Source: a virus. From it: a stretch of DNA of 64,000 nucleotides. The notes beneath the pieces are model-generated. The model made no database searches. It saw nothing but the letters and a program-made list of their open reading frames with translations, and was not told the origin of the DNA. Location: positions 1 to 64,000 of IMG/VR virus record IMGVR_UViG_3300030098_003519. One strand, given 5' to 3'. Numbering within the stretch: the first letter of the stretch is position 1; every line of letters begins with the position of its first letter. A program made the translations under genes and the position numbers. Below are positions 1 through 7,881 of the stretch, one piece after another.

Positions 1-877
1 TAGTGAAGAAATCCTCACGAGATACTTTCTTACCGTCTACGATTGCACCTGTCTTAGATGTTATATACATCCAAGAATATCCACGAGTTCTTAACTGTAT
101 GCAGAAGTCAGTTAGTGATGTTAAACTAACAATTTGTTTGGTAGATCTTGCACAGATAAGTACCTTACTCTTGTTGCAATCATCAATGCTATCTATTACA
201 TTGTCACAGTCTTTCTCGTGTCTAAATCTACTGTCATCAGTCTCATCTATCTTCTTGATTGTTACTTTAGGTGGTAGAATATACCCACCTTGTACTAACT
301 GTGGTGCTGGTACATTGACTAATACTTTACCAAATATGTCCTCATCATTCATTCCTATTTTAAAAGGAGTTCTTGAATGTTTAGGTGTAGCAGTAAAGAA
401 ATAAGAACGATTAGCATACATTGAATGATACTCAACTGCTTCAATAAAGTTCTTTTGTACACTATTATGTGCTTCATCAAAGTATATTGTATCCACCTCA
501 ATATCAAGTGAATCTGCAATTCTATGTAAAGAATGATATGTTGTAAAGATCAACTGATTCTTAATACTATTATGATACCACTCTTCTATCTCTTTTGTCT
601 TAGTTGTGCTTGTATGATGTGTCTCTCCTGAGTGAACATGAAGTACATCCACATCATCAATTAGTTCTAAAAACTCTGCACATAATTGTTGTGCTAATAA
701 TATGCGAGGTGCAACAACTACAATAGTTTTTGATACACTATTCTTTGTAAATTGATACTTTGCATCCTCAATCATGCACATTGTTTTACCACCACCAGTA
801 GGCACGATAATTTGACCTTTATCGTTACCCCACATTGCATTGACTGTATCAGTTTGGTGTGGACGTAATGTAATCAT
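1..877 (-). CDS. Superfamily 2 (DEAD/DEAH-box, ResIII-like) helicase, 3' end outside window
   Basis: Not in the ORF track because it runs off the edge. Manual translation from ATG 877 gives MITLRPHQ..PTGGGKT (Q motif/Walker A), VVVAPRILLAQQ (Ia), FTTYHSL, YFDEAHN (Walker B), FFTATP (III). The frame is open to the window start. Confidence 0.9.
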   Translation of the reverse strand, partial: MITLRPHQTDTVNAMWGNDKGQIIVPTGGGKTMCMIEDAKYQFTKNSVSKTIVVVAPRILLAQQLCAEFLELIDDVDVLHVHSGETHHTSTTKTKEIEEWYHNSIKNQLIFTTYHSLHRIADSLDIEVDTIYFDEAHNSVQKNFIEAVEYHSMYANRSYFFTATPKHSRTPFKIGMNDEDIFGKVLVNVPAPQLVQGGYILPPKVTIKKIDETDDSRFRHEKDCDNVIDSIDDCNKSKVLICARSTKQIVSLTSLTDFCIQLRTRGYSWMYITSKTGAIVDGKKVSREDFFT

Positions 878-894
878 AAAAACTTTTCTCAATG

Positions 895-945
895 ATTATA
901 ATATAACATAAAAAAAGACCCCGAAGGGTCTTAGTGTGACAGTTA
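895..945 (-). promoter_or_regulatory. Putative early promoter of the helicase (AACTGTCACAC box, hairpin, extended -10)
   Basis: Minus strand AACTGTCACAC, then the terminator hairpin, then TGTTATATTATAAT. The same layout recurs at 1715-1770. Confidence 0.55.
910..932 (-). terminator. Intrinsic terminator with UUCG tetraloop
   Basis: Minus strand reads AAGACCC-TTCG-GGGTCTT followed by a T-run, just after the 943-1230 gene. Confidence 0.85.
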
Positions 946-1230
946 TTTGATTGCCACTCTCTCTGGTACTTTTACATCCAAGTTCTGTAGAAAGTTTACT
1001 ACAAATGCTTCGAGATAGATCAGAGGAAGTATAACAAAATCAATTCCATTTAACTGTTGTATTTTGTTAACAACTGTCTTAACTTTACTCTCTTGTTTAA
1101 TATCTTCAGTCACGATTGGCTTAGCAACTGGAGTATTTAGAGGTATAGATTTAGAAACAGTTGTTGATGTTTTACGAGTGCGTCTTTTGCGTGGAGTTGT
1201 TGATCTCTTTGCTGTAGATGCAGTTGGCAT
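943..1230 (-). CDS. Hypothetical protein, Arg/Lys-rich N-terminus and hydrophobic C-terminal segment
   Basis: ORF track gives 943..1245 with a TTG start; ATG at 1230 (MPTAST) is preferred. Contains TAKRSTTPRKRRTRK and FVILPLIYLEAFVVNFL. Confidence 0.75.
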   Translation of the reverse strand: MPTASTAKRSTTPRKRRTRKTSTTVSKSIPLNTPVAKPIVTEDIKQESKVKTVVNKIQQLNGIDFVILPLIYLEAFVVNFLQNLDVKVPERVAIK

Positions 1231-1245
1231 AGAATAATAATGCAA

Positions 1246-1712
1246 TGGGAAACTATAGGGATGTTAGTTCTTTCTGTGGTGGCGACCCACGAGGCACATC
1301 CATCTCCTCGTAAATTAGTGTGTTGAGGACTTACAGGGCGTAATTTCTCAACTGAATTGAGACAACCATAGACCCTTGCCTAAATGATGTGGGACTTACA
1401 ACTTCAAAACTGTCTTTTCAGATGTCCTAAGACATCAGCAGTACAAGAGGTCTCCAAACATAAAGAGCAGTTTTCCACAGAATGAATCAAAGATCATCTG
1501 ATTGTTGCTCACCCCTGCCTTGCGTTTGCCCAAATAATGTGTGAGGGAGTGGGGCAATGATCTAGGTTTCACCCAGTTGCCCAAATTTACCTACTGGGAA
1601 TCGCTTACACCTGAACCCCCACCACTTTCAACTCTAAGGAGTTTCTACGATCCTAACATAAGTTAAGTCTGACGTAGGTTTGGGGCAGTAGAACCACATA
1701 TCCCTCAACATT
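1246..1712 (-). ncRNA. Putative large structured non-coding RNA or tandem ncRNA cassette
   Basis: No credible ORF. Hand-counted 60-nt lines are ~50% GC, above other intergenic DNA here. Many stems: TGAGGGA/TCCCTCA, CCCAGT/ACTGGG, AAAACTG/CAGTTTT, GATGTC-TTAG-GACATC, CTCAA/TTGAG, ACGAGG/CCTCGT. Lies directly downstream of a promoter. Confidence 0.65.
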
Positions 1713-1714
1713 TA

Positions 1715-1770
1715 TATAATAGCATAAAAAAACCCCCTGTATAGGGGGCTTGTGTCAGTTTGTTGACTGG
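1715..1770 (-). promoter_or_regulatory. Putative early promoter driving the ncRNA region, overlapping a terminator
   Basis: Minus strand CCAGTCAACAAACTGACAC, hairpin, then TGCTATTAT (extended -10). Same architecture as 895-945. Confidence 0.55.
1726..1751 (-). terminator. Intrinsic terminator after the DUF262-HNH gene
   Basis: Minus strand GCCCCCT-ATAC-AGGGGG followed by TTTTTTT. Confidence 0.8.
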
Positions 1771-1771
1771 T

Positions 1772-3232
1772 TTATGCTGCTACTGGAACTCTCTTGATTT
1801 GAACAGGTACAGTTGCACCTTTTCTCAAGTTAGCACTAGCATATACTAATGCAGCATTAGATCTGGTAGTAGATCCACCCTTACTCCAAGGATAATGATG
1901 GTCAACATGAATAATGCTACCATTTAATATATCCCTACAATTAATTTCCTTCTCAGTTTCAGGACACTTACCACCTTGTTCTCTCCACAAATCAAATAAG
2001 AAAGAAACATCCCTATTGAAATCTCTTTGAGGATCTCTGGAGATTATAAGACCATCTGAAAAATCAGATAATGATGCAATTAACTGATTCTCACGAATAG
2101 TTACAAAACTCTTCTGAGCAGATCTCTGAATACCAGCATATCCACGATCATCTGTTCCAGTTGGTTTTCCATAATTAGGAGAATTTTTATCCTTTTCAAT
2201 TTTTCTCCATAGAATAGTAGGATCTGCCAATCGTGCTGTTTGTGCATCACAATACTCCTCAAAGAATTTCTTCTTATCAGTATAAACAATATTATTATTG
2301 TTCATATAATTTAAGAGTAATGCAAGATCAACAATATTAGTATTTGTCCTTTTACTGCAATCAGCTACCTTGTCACCATCTTCTCTGAATTGAACTAAAT
2401 CAGCAATCTGTCTTATAATCTTATCTGCTCTACTGAATGATTGCACTTCAGGAGTACGATCACCATAAGCAGCATCCCTACTCTTTTCTCCAAATCCAAC
2501 AGTTCCTCTTGCACATAAAACAGCAACATCTACAACGAAGGCATCAATCATACGTCTATTGAATCCTTTCTCATTGTATATTGTTTCAAGTTTTTTCCTA
2601 TTCTTTTTAACACAATCTCTAACTAAACCTGAGAATACATACATCTTACAGTTACGCTTTTCTTGAGCGTTAAGAGTCATTCCCTTGTTGATAGATTCAA
2701 ATAAATCTGCTAGATCTTCTCTTGTTCCACTTTCAACTATTTTAACAGTAATGTCAGTATTTTCAATGTAAGTTCTAAATTGTGGATCAAGATCGTCAAA
2801 TAGTTTTGCACCATTAGTTGCTTCATATATTACAGGATTATTATCACTACCACCAACTTCATACTCACCTAAGAATAAAGGAAAGAGTCCTTTGAAAATT
2901 CCAAAGAAGAAATCAGTTATACATCTTGTCCTATTATTACCATCTATGGTAATATATCTGTAACCTTTATCTAAAAGTCCTTGATAAAATATATAATCGT
3001 CATGCTTTCTACCATATTTCTTTTCAACAGATCCTTGACATTTAGCTATGTCTGCAAGATATATTGAAGTTGGTGCTTTACCATTAAGTAAAGATCTCAT
3101 GTACTGTTGATTATTTTCAGTTACCCATCTATGGTAAGACTGAAACGAATCATCGAGATATATGCCGTTATCTCTCATAGTGGTGGCAAGATAATATGCC
3201 TTCCACCAATGGGCATCAATTCTAGTACGCAT
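1772..3232 (-). CDS. DUF262 (ParB/Srx-fold) plus C-terminal HNH endonuclease, GmrSD-like
   Basis: 486 aa. YITIDGNNRT matches the DGQQR-type motif and LFESINKGMTLN fits DUF262. C-terminal HVDHHYPWSKGGSTTRSNAALVYASANLRKG is an HNH signature. Confidence 0.8.
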   Translation of the reverse strand: MRTRIDAHWWKAYYLATTMRDNGIYLDDSFQSYHRWVTENNQQYMRSLLNGKAPTSIYLADIAKCQGSVEKKYGRKHDDYIFYQGLLDKGYRYITIDGNNRTRCITDFFFGIFKGLFPLFLGEYEVGGSDNNPVIYEATNGAKLFDDLDPQFRTYIENTDITVKIVESGTREDLADLFESINKGMTLNAQEKRNCKMYVFSGLVRDCVKKNRKKLETIYNEKGFNRRMIDAFVVDVAVLCARGTVGFGEKSRDAAYGDRTPEVQSFSRADKIIRQIADLVQFREDGDKVADCSKRTNTNIVDLALLLNYMNNNNIVYTDKKKFFEEYCDAQTARLADPTILWRKIEKDKNSPNYGKPTGTDDRGYAGIQRSAQKSFVTIRENQLIASLSDFSDGLIISRDPQRDFNRDVSFLFDLWREQGGKCPETEKEINCRDILNGSIIHVDHHYPWSKGGSTTRSNAALVYASANLRKGATVPVQIKRVPVAA

Positions 3233-3317
3233 TGTTTTTTCTTTAGTAGTTTACCCAGACCTGATCGTATTCTCTGCGATAGAGTGAGACCTGCCTCGAT
3301 ATTTGTTTACGTTGTAT

Positions 3318-3346
3318 AGTATATAGTAGGTTTTTAGATTTGTCAA
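3318..3346 (-). promoter_or_regulatory. Sigma70-type promoter of the DUF262-HNH gene
   Basis: TTGACA (3346-3341), 17-bp spacer, TATACT (3323-3318). Confidence 0.85.
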
Positions 3347-3352
3347 CCCCCA

Positions 3353-3484
3353 CTAAGGAGTGTACTCATATCCATACTTTTGAAGATAATCTTCAAACAG
3401 TTCATCAGGAACCCTACCTTCCCAATAATCCTTCTCAGTATAGGACGAATTATTTAATTTGTCAATAGAATCTTGGTCTGTCAT
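3353..3484 (-). CDS. Small hypothetical protein (43 aa), below ORF-track cutoff
   Basis: Manual translation MTDQDSIDKLNNSSYTEKDYWEGRVPDELFEDYLQKYGYEYTP*. It overlaps the upstream gene end and fills the gap before the promoter. Confidence 0.6.
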   Translation of the reverse strand: MTDQDSIDKLNNSSYTEKDYWEGRVPDELFEDYLQKYGYEYTP

Positions 3485-3668
3485 ACGATTGTTCCAATTC
3501 AAGTACGATAGTATCTATGATCCTATCAAAACTCCTTGCCATCTGACGATAGCCTGATCCAACATACATTTGACCTGAAAATACTGAGATAGTAGCAAGA
3601 CCCCAGAACCAGTAATAAAATCTGGATTTAACTTGTGCCTTCACTTTTTGTCTTCTAATTTCATTCAT
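3462..3668 (-). CDS. Small hypothetical membrane-associated protein
   Basis: 68-aa ORF with hydrophobic FYYWFWGLATISVF, overlapping the fcl stop. Confidence 0.7.
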   Translation of the reverse strand: MNEIRRQKVKAQVKSRFYYWFWGLATISVFSGQMYVGSGYRQMARSFDRIIDTIVLELEQSYDRPRFY

Positions 3669-4611
3669 TGTTTAAGTACCATTGATAAGTAGATTCAATA
3701 CCTTCTTTTAGAGAAAGTTTAGGTTCCCAACCTAATGATTTCATCTTATCTACATTCATCACCTTTCTAGGAGTGCCATTTGGTTTATTAGTATCCCAAT
3801 CAAATCCACCAGTGAAACCAACAACATCTGCAATAGTTTCAGCAAGTTCTTTAATGGTTACGTCTACACCTGTACCGACATTAATATGACTTTCACCTTC
3901 ATACTTCTCCATACAAGTATAACATGCTTCTGCTAGGTCATCAACATGTAGAAACTCTCTCATTGGTGTACCATCACCCCATAGTGTTATGGGATATTGA
4001 TAACTACCACCTAAATCATGTCCTATATTATTCTTACCCTCGTGACATTTACGAAGTAATGCAGGTAATACATGAGAAGTTTCAAGATCAAAGTTATCAT
4101 TAATACCATACAAATTAGTAGGCATAAGTGATATTGCATTGAATCCATATTGTTGTTTATATGCTCTGCACATTCTCAGACCAGCAATCTTAGCAATGGC
4201 ATAGGCATCATTAGATGGTTCTAATTCACTTGTTAATAATTGATCCTCAGTAATAGGAATCTTAGGACTCTTAGGGTAGATACATGATGATCCTAAGAAC
4301 AATAACTTCTTAACACCATTACGATAAGCAGCATCAATGATATTTGATTGTATCATCAAGTTATCATAGATAAACTCTGCTGGATGATTCTTATTACCTA
4401 ATATACCGCCAACTTTGGCAGCTGCCACGAATACATATTCAGGTTTATTAAATTCAAAGAATCTTTCAACATCATTTTGTTTCCTCAAATCCCAGTGAGA
4501 TGATGGAGACGAAAGAATGTTATTTAATCCTTTCCTTTTGAGCATACGGACAATAGCAGAACCAACGAGTCCTGTATTTCCTGCCACATAAATTTTGCTA
4601 TTACTGTCCAT
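3661..4611 (-). CDS. fcl: GDP-L-fucose synthase (GDP-4-keto-6-deoxymannose epimerase/reductase)
   Basis: [42 protein letters not shown] and REFLHVDD motifs. Likely start is MDSNSK at 4611, overlapping the gmd stop. Confidence 0.95.
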   Translation of the reverse strand: MDSNSKIYVAGNTGLVGSAIVRMLKRKGLNNILSSPSSHWDLRKQNDVERFFEFNKPEYVFVAAAKVGGILGNKNHPAEFIYDNLMIQSNIIDAAYRNGVKKLLFLGSSCIYPKSPKIPITEDQLLTSELEPSNDAYAIAKIAGLRMCRAYKQQYGFNAISLMPTNLYGINDNFDLETSHVLPALLRKCHEGKNNIGHDLGGSYQYPITLWGDGTPMREFLHVDDLAEACYTCMEKYEGESHINVGTGVDVTIKELAETIADVVGFTGGFDWDTNKPNGTPRKVMNVDKMKSLGWEPKLSLKEGIESTYQWYLNNE

Positions 4612-5602
4612 AGATAACCATGTCCTCAACTAATTGGTCAAATGTAATTTTAGGTTCCCAACCTAATTCTTTTCTTGCTTTGGAAGAATCACCTAATAAT
4701 GATTCAACTTCAGATGGTCTGAAGTATCTATCACTAACTCTAACTACTGCTTTCTTTGTGTTCCAATCATAACCTACCTCATCTTCACCTTCACCCATCC
4801 ATTCAATATTAAAACCAAAGAATGGTGCTGCTCTATCAACAAAATCTCTTACAGAGTATTGTTCACCAGTAGCAATTACATAATCTTTAGCTTCATCTTG
4901 TTGCAACATCAACCACATTGCCTCTACAAAATCTTTCGCATGACCCCAATCTCTCTTTGCATCTAAGTTACCAAGATATAAACATTCTTGTCTACCTGTA
5001 GATATATTTGATAGACCCATTGTTATCTTCCTAGTCACGAATGTCTCACCTCTACGTGGTGACTCATGGTTAAAGAGAATACCTGAACACGCATACATGT
5101 TATATGCTTCACGATAGTTCTTTGTAGTCCAGTAGGCATAGAGTTTAGCACATCCATAGGGTGATCTAGGGTAGAAGGGTGTTGTCTCCTTCTGAGGGAC
5201 TTCCTGAACCTTCCCGAACATCTCTGAAGTGGATGCTTGGTATATTCTAGTCTTCTTCTCCATTCCTAGCAATCTAACCGCTTCTAGGACACGAAGTGTA
5301 CCTAATCCATCAACCTGACCAGTATATTCTGGTGTCTCAAATGACACCTTCACATGACTCTGAGCTCCTAAGTTATAGATCTCATCAGGTTGTACCTTTT
5401 GAATGACACCAATAATATTGGTAGCATCAGTTAGATCACCATAATGTAGTTTAATCTTATTAAAGAAAGGATCAATTCTGTGTGTATTGATTAGTGATGC
5501 ACGACGTACAATACCATGCACCTCATAACCTTTTTCTATAAGCAATTCAGCAAGATAAGAACCATCTTGACCAGTAATTCCAGTAATTAAAGCAACTTTC
5601 AT
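4601..5602 (-). CDS. gmd: GDP-mannose 4,6-dehydratase
   Basis: [66 protein letters not shown]. Confidence 0.97.
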   Translation of the reverse strand: MKVALITGITGQDGSYLAELLIEKGYEVHGIVRRASLINTHRIDPFFNKIKLHYGDLTDATNIIGVIQKVQPDEIYNLGAQSHVKVSFETPEYTGQVDGLGTLRVLEAVRLLGMEKKTRIYQASTSEMFGKVQEVPQKETTPFYPRSPYGCAKLYAYWTTKNYREAYNMYACSGILFNHESPRRGETFVTRKITMGLSNISTGRQECLYLGNLDAKRDWGHAKDFVEAMWLMLQQDEAKDYVIATGEQYSVRDFVDRAAPFFGFNIEWMGEGEDEVGYDWNTKKAVVRVSDRYFRPSEVESLLGDSSKARKELGWEPKITFDQLVEDMVIYGQ

Positions 5603-5603
5603 A

Positions 5604-5987
5604 CTATTCCCATCGTGAAACTGTCAATTCTATGGAGTTGTCATCCATTTCCCATTCTTCATCCACCACGAACCCCTCCTCTCTAATAGTGTTGTGTAAA
5701 ACCATTCTAGCATATTGTTGAGTAACCTTTTCAACAAATCTTTGTGGTGGAATTGGTTGTTGCCAAGTCTGTAGATCAGCCACTAACTCATAACTTCCTG
5801 TATTATTATTCAATCTAAATCCAATCTCATTACCAACGGCAACATCAACTTGCCATTGCTTATGTGTATGGTCTAGAGGATTTTCTAATTTAACATCTTC
5901 CTCTACATTATATTGTAGAAGTTCCAATGCTTCCATTAGTTCTGGTTTCTTTTTAATCTGTGTCTTGATCGTACTGAAGTGTGACAT
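5604..5987 (-). CDS. ycf35: DUF1257 / Ycf35 family protein
   Basis: [11 protein letters not shown]...[10 protein letters not shown]...VTQQYA resembles cyanobacterial Ycf35. Confidence 0.85.
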   Translation of the reverse strand: MSHFSTIKTQIKKKPELMEALELLQYNVEEDVKLENPLDHTHKQWQVDVAVGNEIGFRLNNNTGSYELVADLQTWQQPIPPQRFVEKVTQQYARMVLHNTIREEGFVVDEEWEMDDNSIELTVSRWE

Positions 5988-6165
5988 CTTTCTGTAAGTT
6001 TGGTTGTTGATAATAGTCTGGAGTTTCTTTTCTCCAAGTAACTGTTCCTAATTGTTCTTCAATCTTTTCTGTAAGATCAAGACATTGAGTGCCTGTGACA
6101 CCAATAACTTCCTCAGTTACAGAACCATCCTGGCTAATACTAAACTTAATAGTTTGTTTTTCCAT
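5953..6165 (-). CDS. DUF2997 family protein
   Basis: IKFSISQDGSVTEEVIGVTGTQCLDLTEKIEEQLG..TPDYY; the usual partner of DUF1257. Confidence 0.85.
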   Translation of the reverse strand: MEKQTIKFSISQDGSVTEEVIGVTGTQCLDLTEKIEEQLGTVTWRKETPDYYQQPNLQKDVTLQYDQDTD

Positions 6166-6186
6166 AATAGTTTTATGTATCTAGAC

Positions 6187-6215
6187 ATTATAAAACCCCT
6201 CAACTAAAAAGTCAA
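6187..6215 (-). promoter_or_regulatory. Sigma70-type promoter of the DUF2997-ycf35-gmd-fcl operon
   Basis: TTGACT (6215-6210), 17 bp, TATAAT (6192-6187). It overlaps an AACCCCT/AGGGGTT hairpin. Confidence 0.85.
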
Positions 6216-6309
6216 GGGGTTCCTGAATATTTAATTTGGGTTTACTAAACTACTTAAGGTGGATGTGAATGAATTAGCATGTGATTAGAATAGTTGACTA
6301 CAATTTTAA

Positions 6310-6456
6310 CTAAACTAAAACCTCCTTACATATACGTTTACAAATGTGTTGATCGTCTACACAGTCGATTAAGCACTCGTAGTATTCCGTGAGCTTCGCA
6401 TCATGTTCATCCTCGTATGAACCTGCTAATTGATTAAATGAAATTAAATTGTGCAT
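6310..6456 (-). CDS. 48-aa Cys-rich microprotein with twin CX3C motif
   Basis: Manual translation MHNLISFNQLAGSYEDEHDAKLTEYYECLIDCVDDQHICKRICKEVLV*, with GGAG upstream. Resembles small conserved marine cyanobacterial/cyanophage proteins. Confidence 0.75.
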   Translation of the reverse strand: MHNLISFNQLAGSYEDEHDAKLTEYYECLIDCVDDQHICKRICKEVLV

Positions 6457-6553
6457 TAATCTTCTCCATTGACTACTTTTACCATAATATACCTCATAAC
6501 AACGAGGTTTAATGCATTGTGTTCTCCTTAGTGTACCTCTCGGTGACTAATAT

Positions 6554-6561
6554 TATTTATA
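6554..6561 (-). promoter_or_regulatory. T4-type late promoter TATAAATA
   Basis: Exact TATAAATA on the minus strand upstream of the microprotein locus. Confidence 0.65.
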
Positions 6562-6591
6562 GCACGAATGTGTGAATTTGGCAATATTCTT

Positions 6592-7131
6592 TTACAAAAA
6601 TTTATGCCTACTCAATTCCTCTATTGCTGCTGGTAAGATTCCATACTCCATTCTTTGTATTGCTTTTGTTAATGATTCCACTGTATCATCAGGCATTATA
6701 GGAACCTCACCTTGCTTGATTATCTCTCCACCATCCAGTTCCTCATTGACATAATGAACAGTACATCCAGTTACTTTTTCACCAGCCTCCATTGCTCTTT
6801 CAACTACATCCAATCCCTTATACTTTGGAAGTAATGATGGATGAACATTAATAATAGGACAGGGAAACTCGGATGGTTTCTTTAATACTCTCATATATCC
6901 TGCTAATACAATAAGATCTACACGATATGCCTCAAAGAGTTTTATCATCTGATCTTCATCTTTATGAGCAACCCTGCAATGAGGTATTCCCCATTTTGCT
7001 GCTCTTGCAATAGCACCACACTTCTTTGTATTGTGTATCATCAACACAACTTCATGTTTATTACATATAGGATTTGTAACTATGTTCTCAAAGTTAGTTC
7101 CGTTGCCAGAACACATTATACCGAGTCTCAT
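6592..7131 (-). CDS. purN: Phosphoribosylglycinamide formyltransferase
   Basis: SGNGTNF, LIVLAGYMRVL, IINVHPSLLPKYKG, GCTVHYVNEELDGG; catalytic N/H/D residues present. Confidence 0.95.
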   Translation of the reverse strand: MRLGIMCSGNGTNFENIVTNPICNKHEVVLMIHNTKKCGAIARAAKWGIPHCRVAHKDEDQMIKLFEAYRVDLIVLAGYMRVLKKPSEFPCPIINVHPSLLPKYKGLDVVERAMEAGEKVTGCTVHYVNEELDGGEIIKQGEVPIMPDDTVESLTKAIQRMEYGILPAAIEELSRHKFL

Positions 7132-7388
7132 TTAGTTTGCTCCGATACAATTGCTTTTAGTTTACCATCTTCAATAGTAATGTTTATTTGATGTTGTAAA
7201 TCATTATCAGTATTCATAAGTCTAATGTCTATTGCACCACCTTTACCATAACAAGACATAATCAATCTATTACATTCTATATCCCACTTTTCAGGACTAT
7301 TGGCATGTTTATATACTGGATTTGAGTGTTTATCCTCATATCCCTTTTCCCAAGGAGTATTCTCAGTTAAGTCTAACCATTTTTTCAT
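7128..7388 (-). CDS. Hypothetical protein
   Basis: 86-aa ORF with 4-bp overlaps to both neighbours. Confidence 0.75.
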   Translation of the reverse strand: MKKWLDLTENTPWEKGYEDKHSNPVYKHANSPEKWDIECNRLIMSCYGKGGAIDIRLMNTDNDLQHQINITIEDGKLKAIVSEQTK

Positions 7389-7627
7389 AATACTTGAATC
7401 ACTCCATAACAGTCAGGGATCTCGTGCATTAATTTACTTTCTATACCTTGCTTTAAGGTAATAGCACTCATAGCACATGTAGAACACGCACCACCAAGTC
7501 TTACCTTAACAAAGTTAGTTTCATGTTCTATCTCCACGAACTCTAACCATCCTCCATCTGCTTCGATGTAAGGTATAAGTTCTTCAAGAACCTTGATTAC
7601 ATTCTCTTCGTTTAATTCCATTGTCAT
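7385..7627 (-). CDS. nifU: NifU C-terminal (Nfu) domain Fe-S scaffold/carrier protein
   Basis: PYIEADGGWLEFV..VKVRLGGACSTCAMSAITLKQGIE, with the CXXC motif. Confidence 0.9.
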   Translation of the reverse strand: MTMELNEENVIKVLEELIPYIEADGGWLEFVEIEHETNFVKVRLGGACSTCAMSAITLKQGIESKLMHEIPDCYGVIQVL

Positions 7628-7881
7628 AATGTTATTTTACCTCCATACTTAATATATAATCTCTTTACCTGCTCTTTATCAAGACCAGCAAGATTTATGC
7701 AGTTATGTAAACATTGACGAATACATTCTCTATCACTAACTGGTGCTCGTTGTCTCCATCCATCTTTATCAACATATGTTTTTGCACCTGCAAATCCATA
7801 TCCTTCATCGTCATCACCTGCTTCTACTTTCTTTAAGTCATCACGAGGTGTTGATGGATTAGTGTAACTATGTTGACTCAT
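7624..7881 (-). CDS. Hypothetical protein with CxxxCxxxC motif
   Basis: 85-aa ORF coupled to its neighbours; ECIRQCLHNC. Confidence 0.7.
   Translation of the reverse strand: MSQHSYTNPSTPRDDLKKVEAGDDDEGYGFAGAKTYVDKDGWRQRAPVSDRECIRQCLHNCINLAGLDKEQVKRLYIKYGGKITL

Noticed and set aside
3-404. 133-aa plus-strand ORF in the track
   Set aside because: It is the antisense shadow of the minus-strand helicase, which has clear SF2 motifs.
1246-1712. tRNA, CRISPR array, hammerhead or c-di-GMP riboswitch in the non-coding region
   Set aside because: No cloverleaf or T-loop, repeats are too short and irregularly spaced for CRISPR, and only fragments of the catalytic or aptamer cores (CTGATG, GGGCAAAC) are present without the required context.
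3240-3300. CAGGTCT direct repeat and small hairpin in the nuclease 5' leader
   Set aside because: Only 7 bp twice with a 4-bp stem, too weak to distinguish from chance without homologs.
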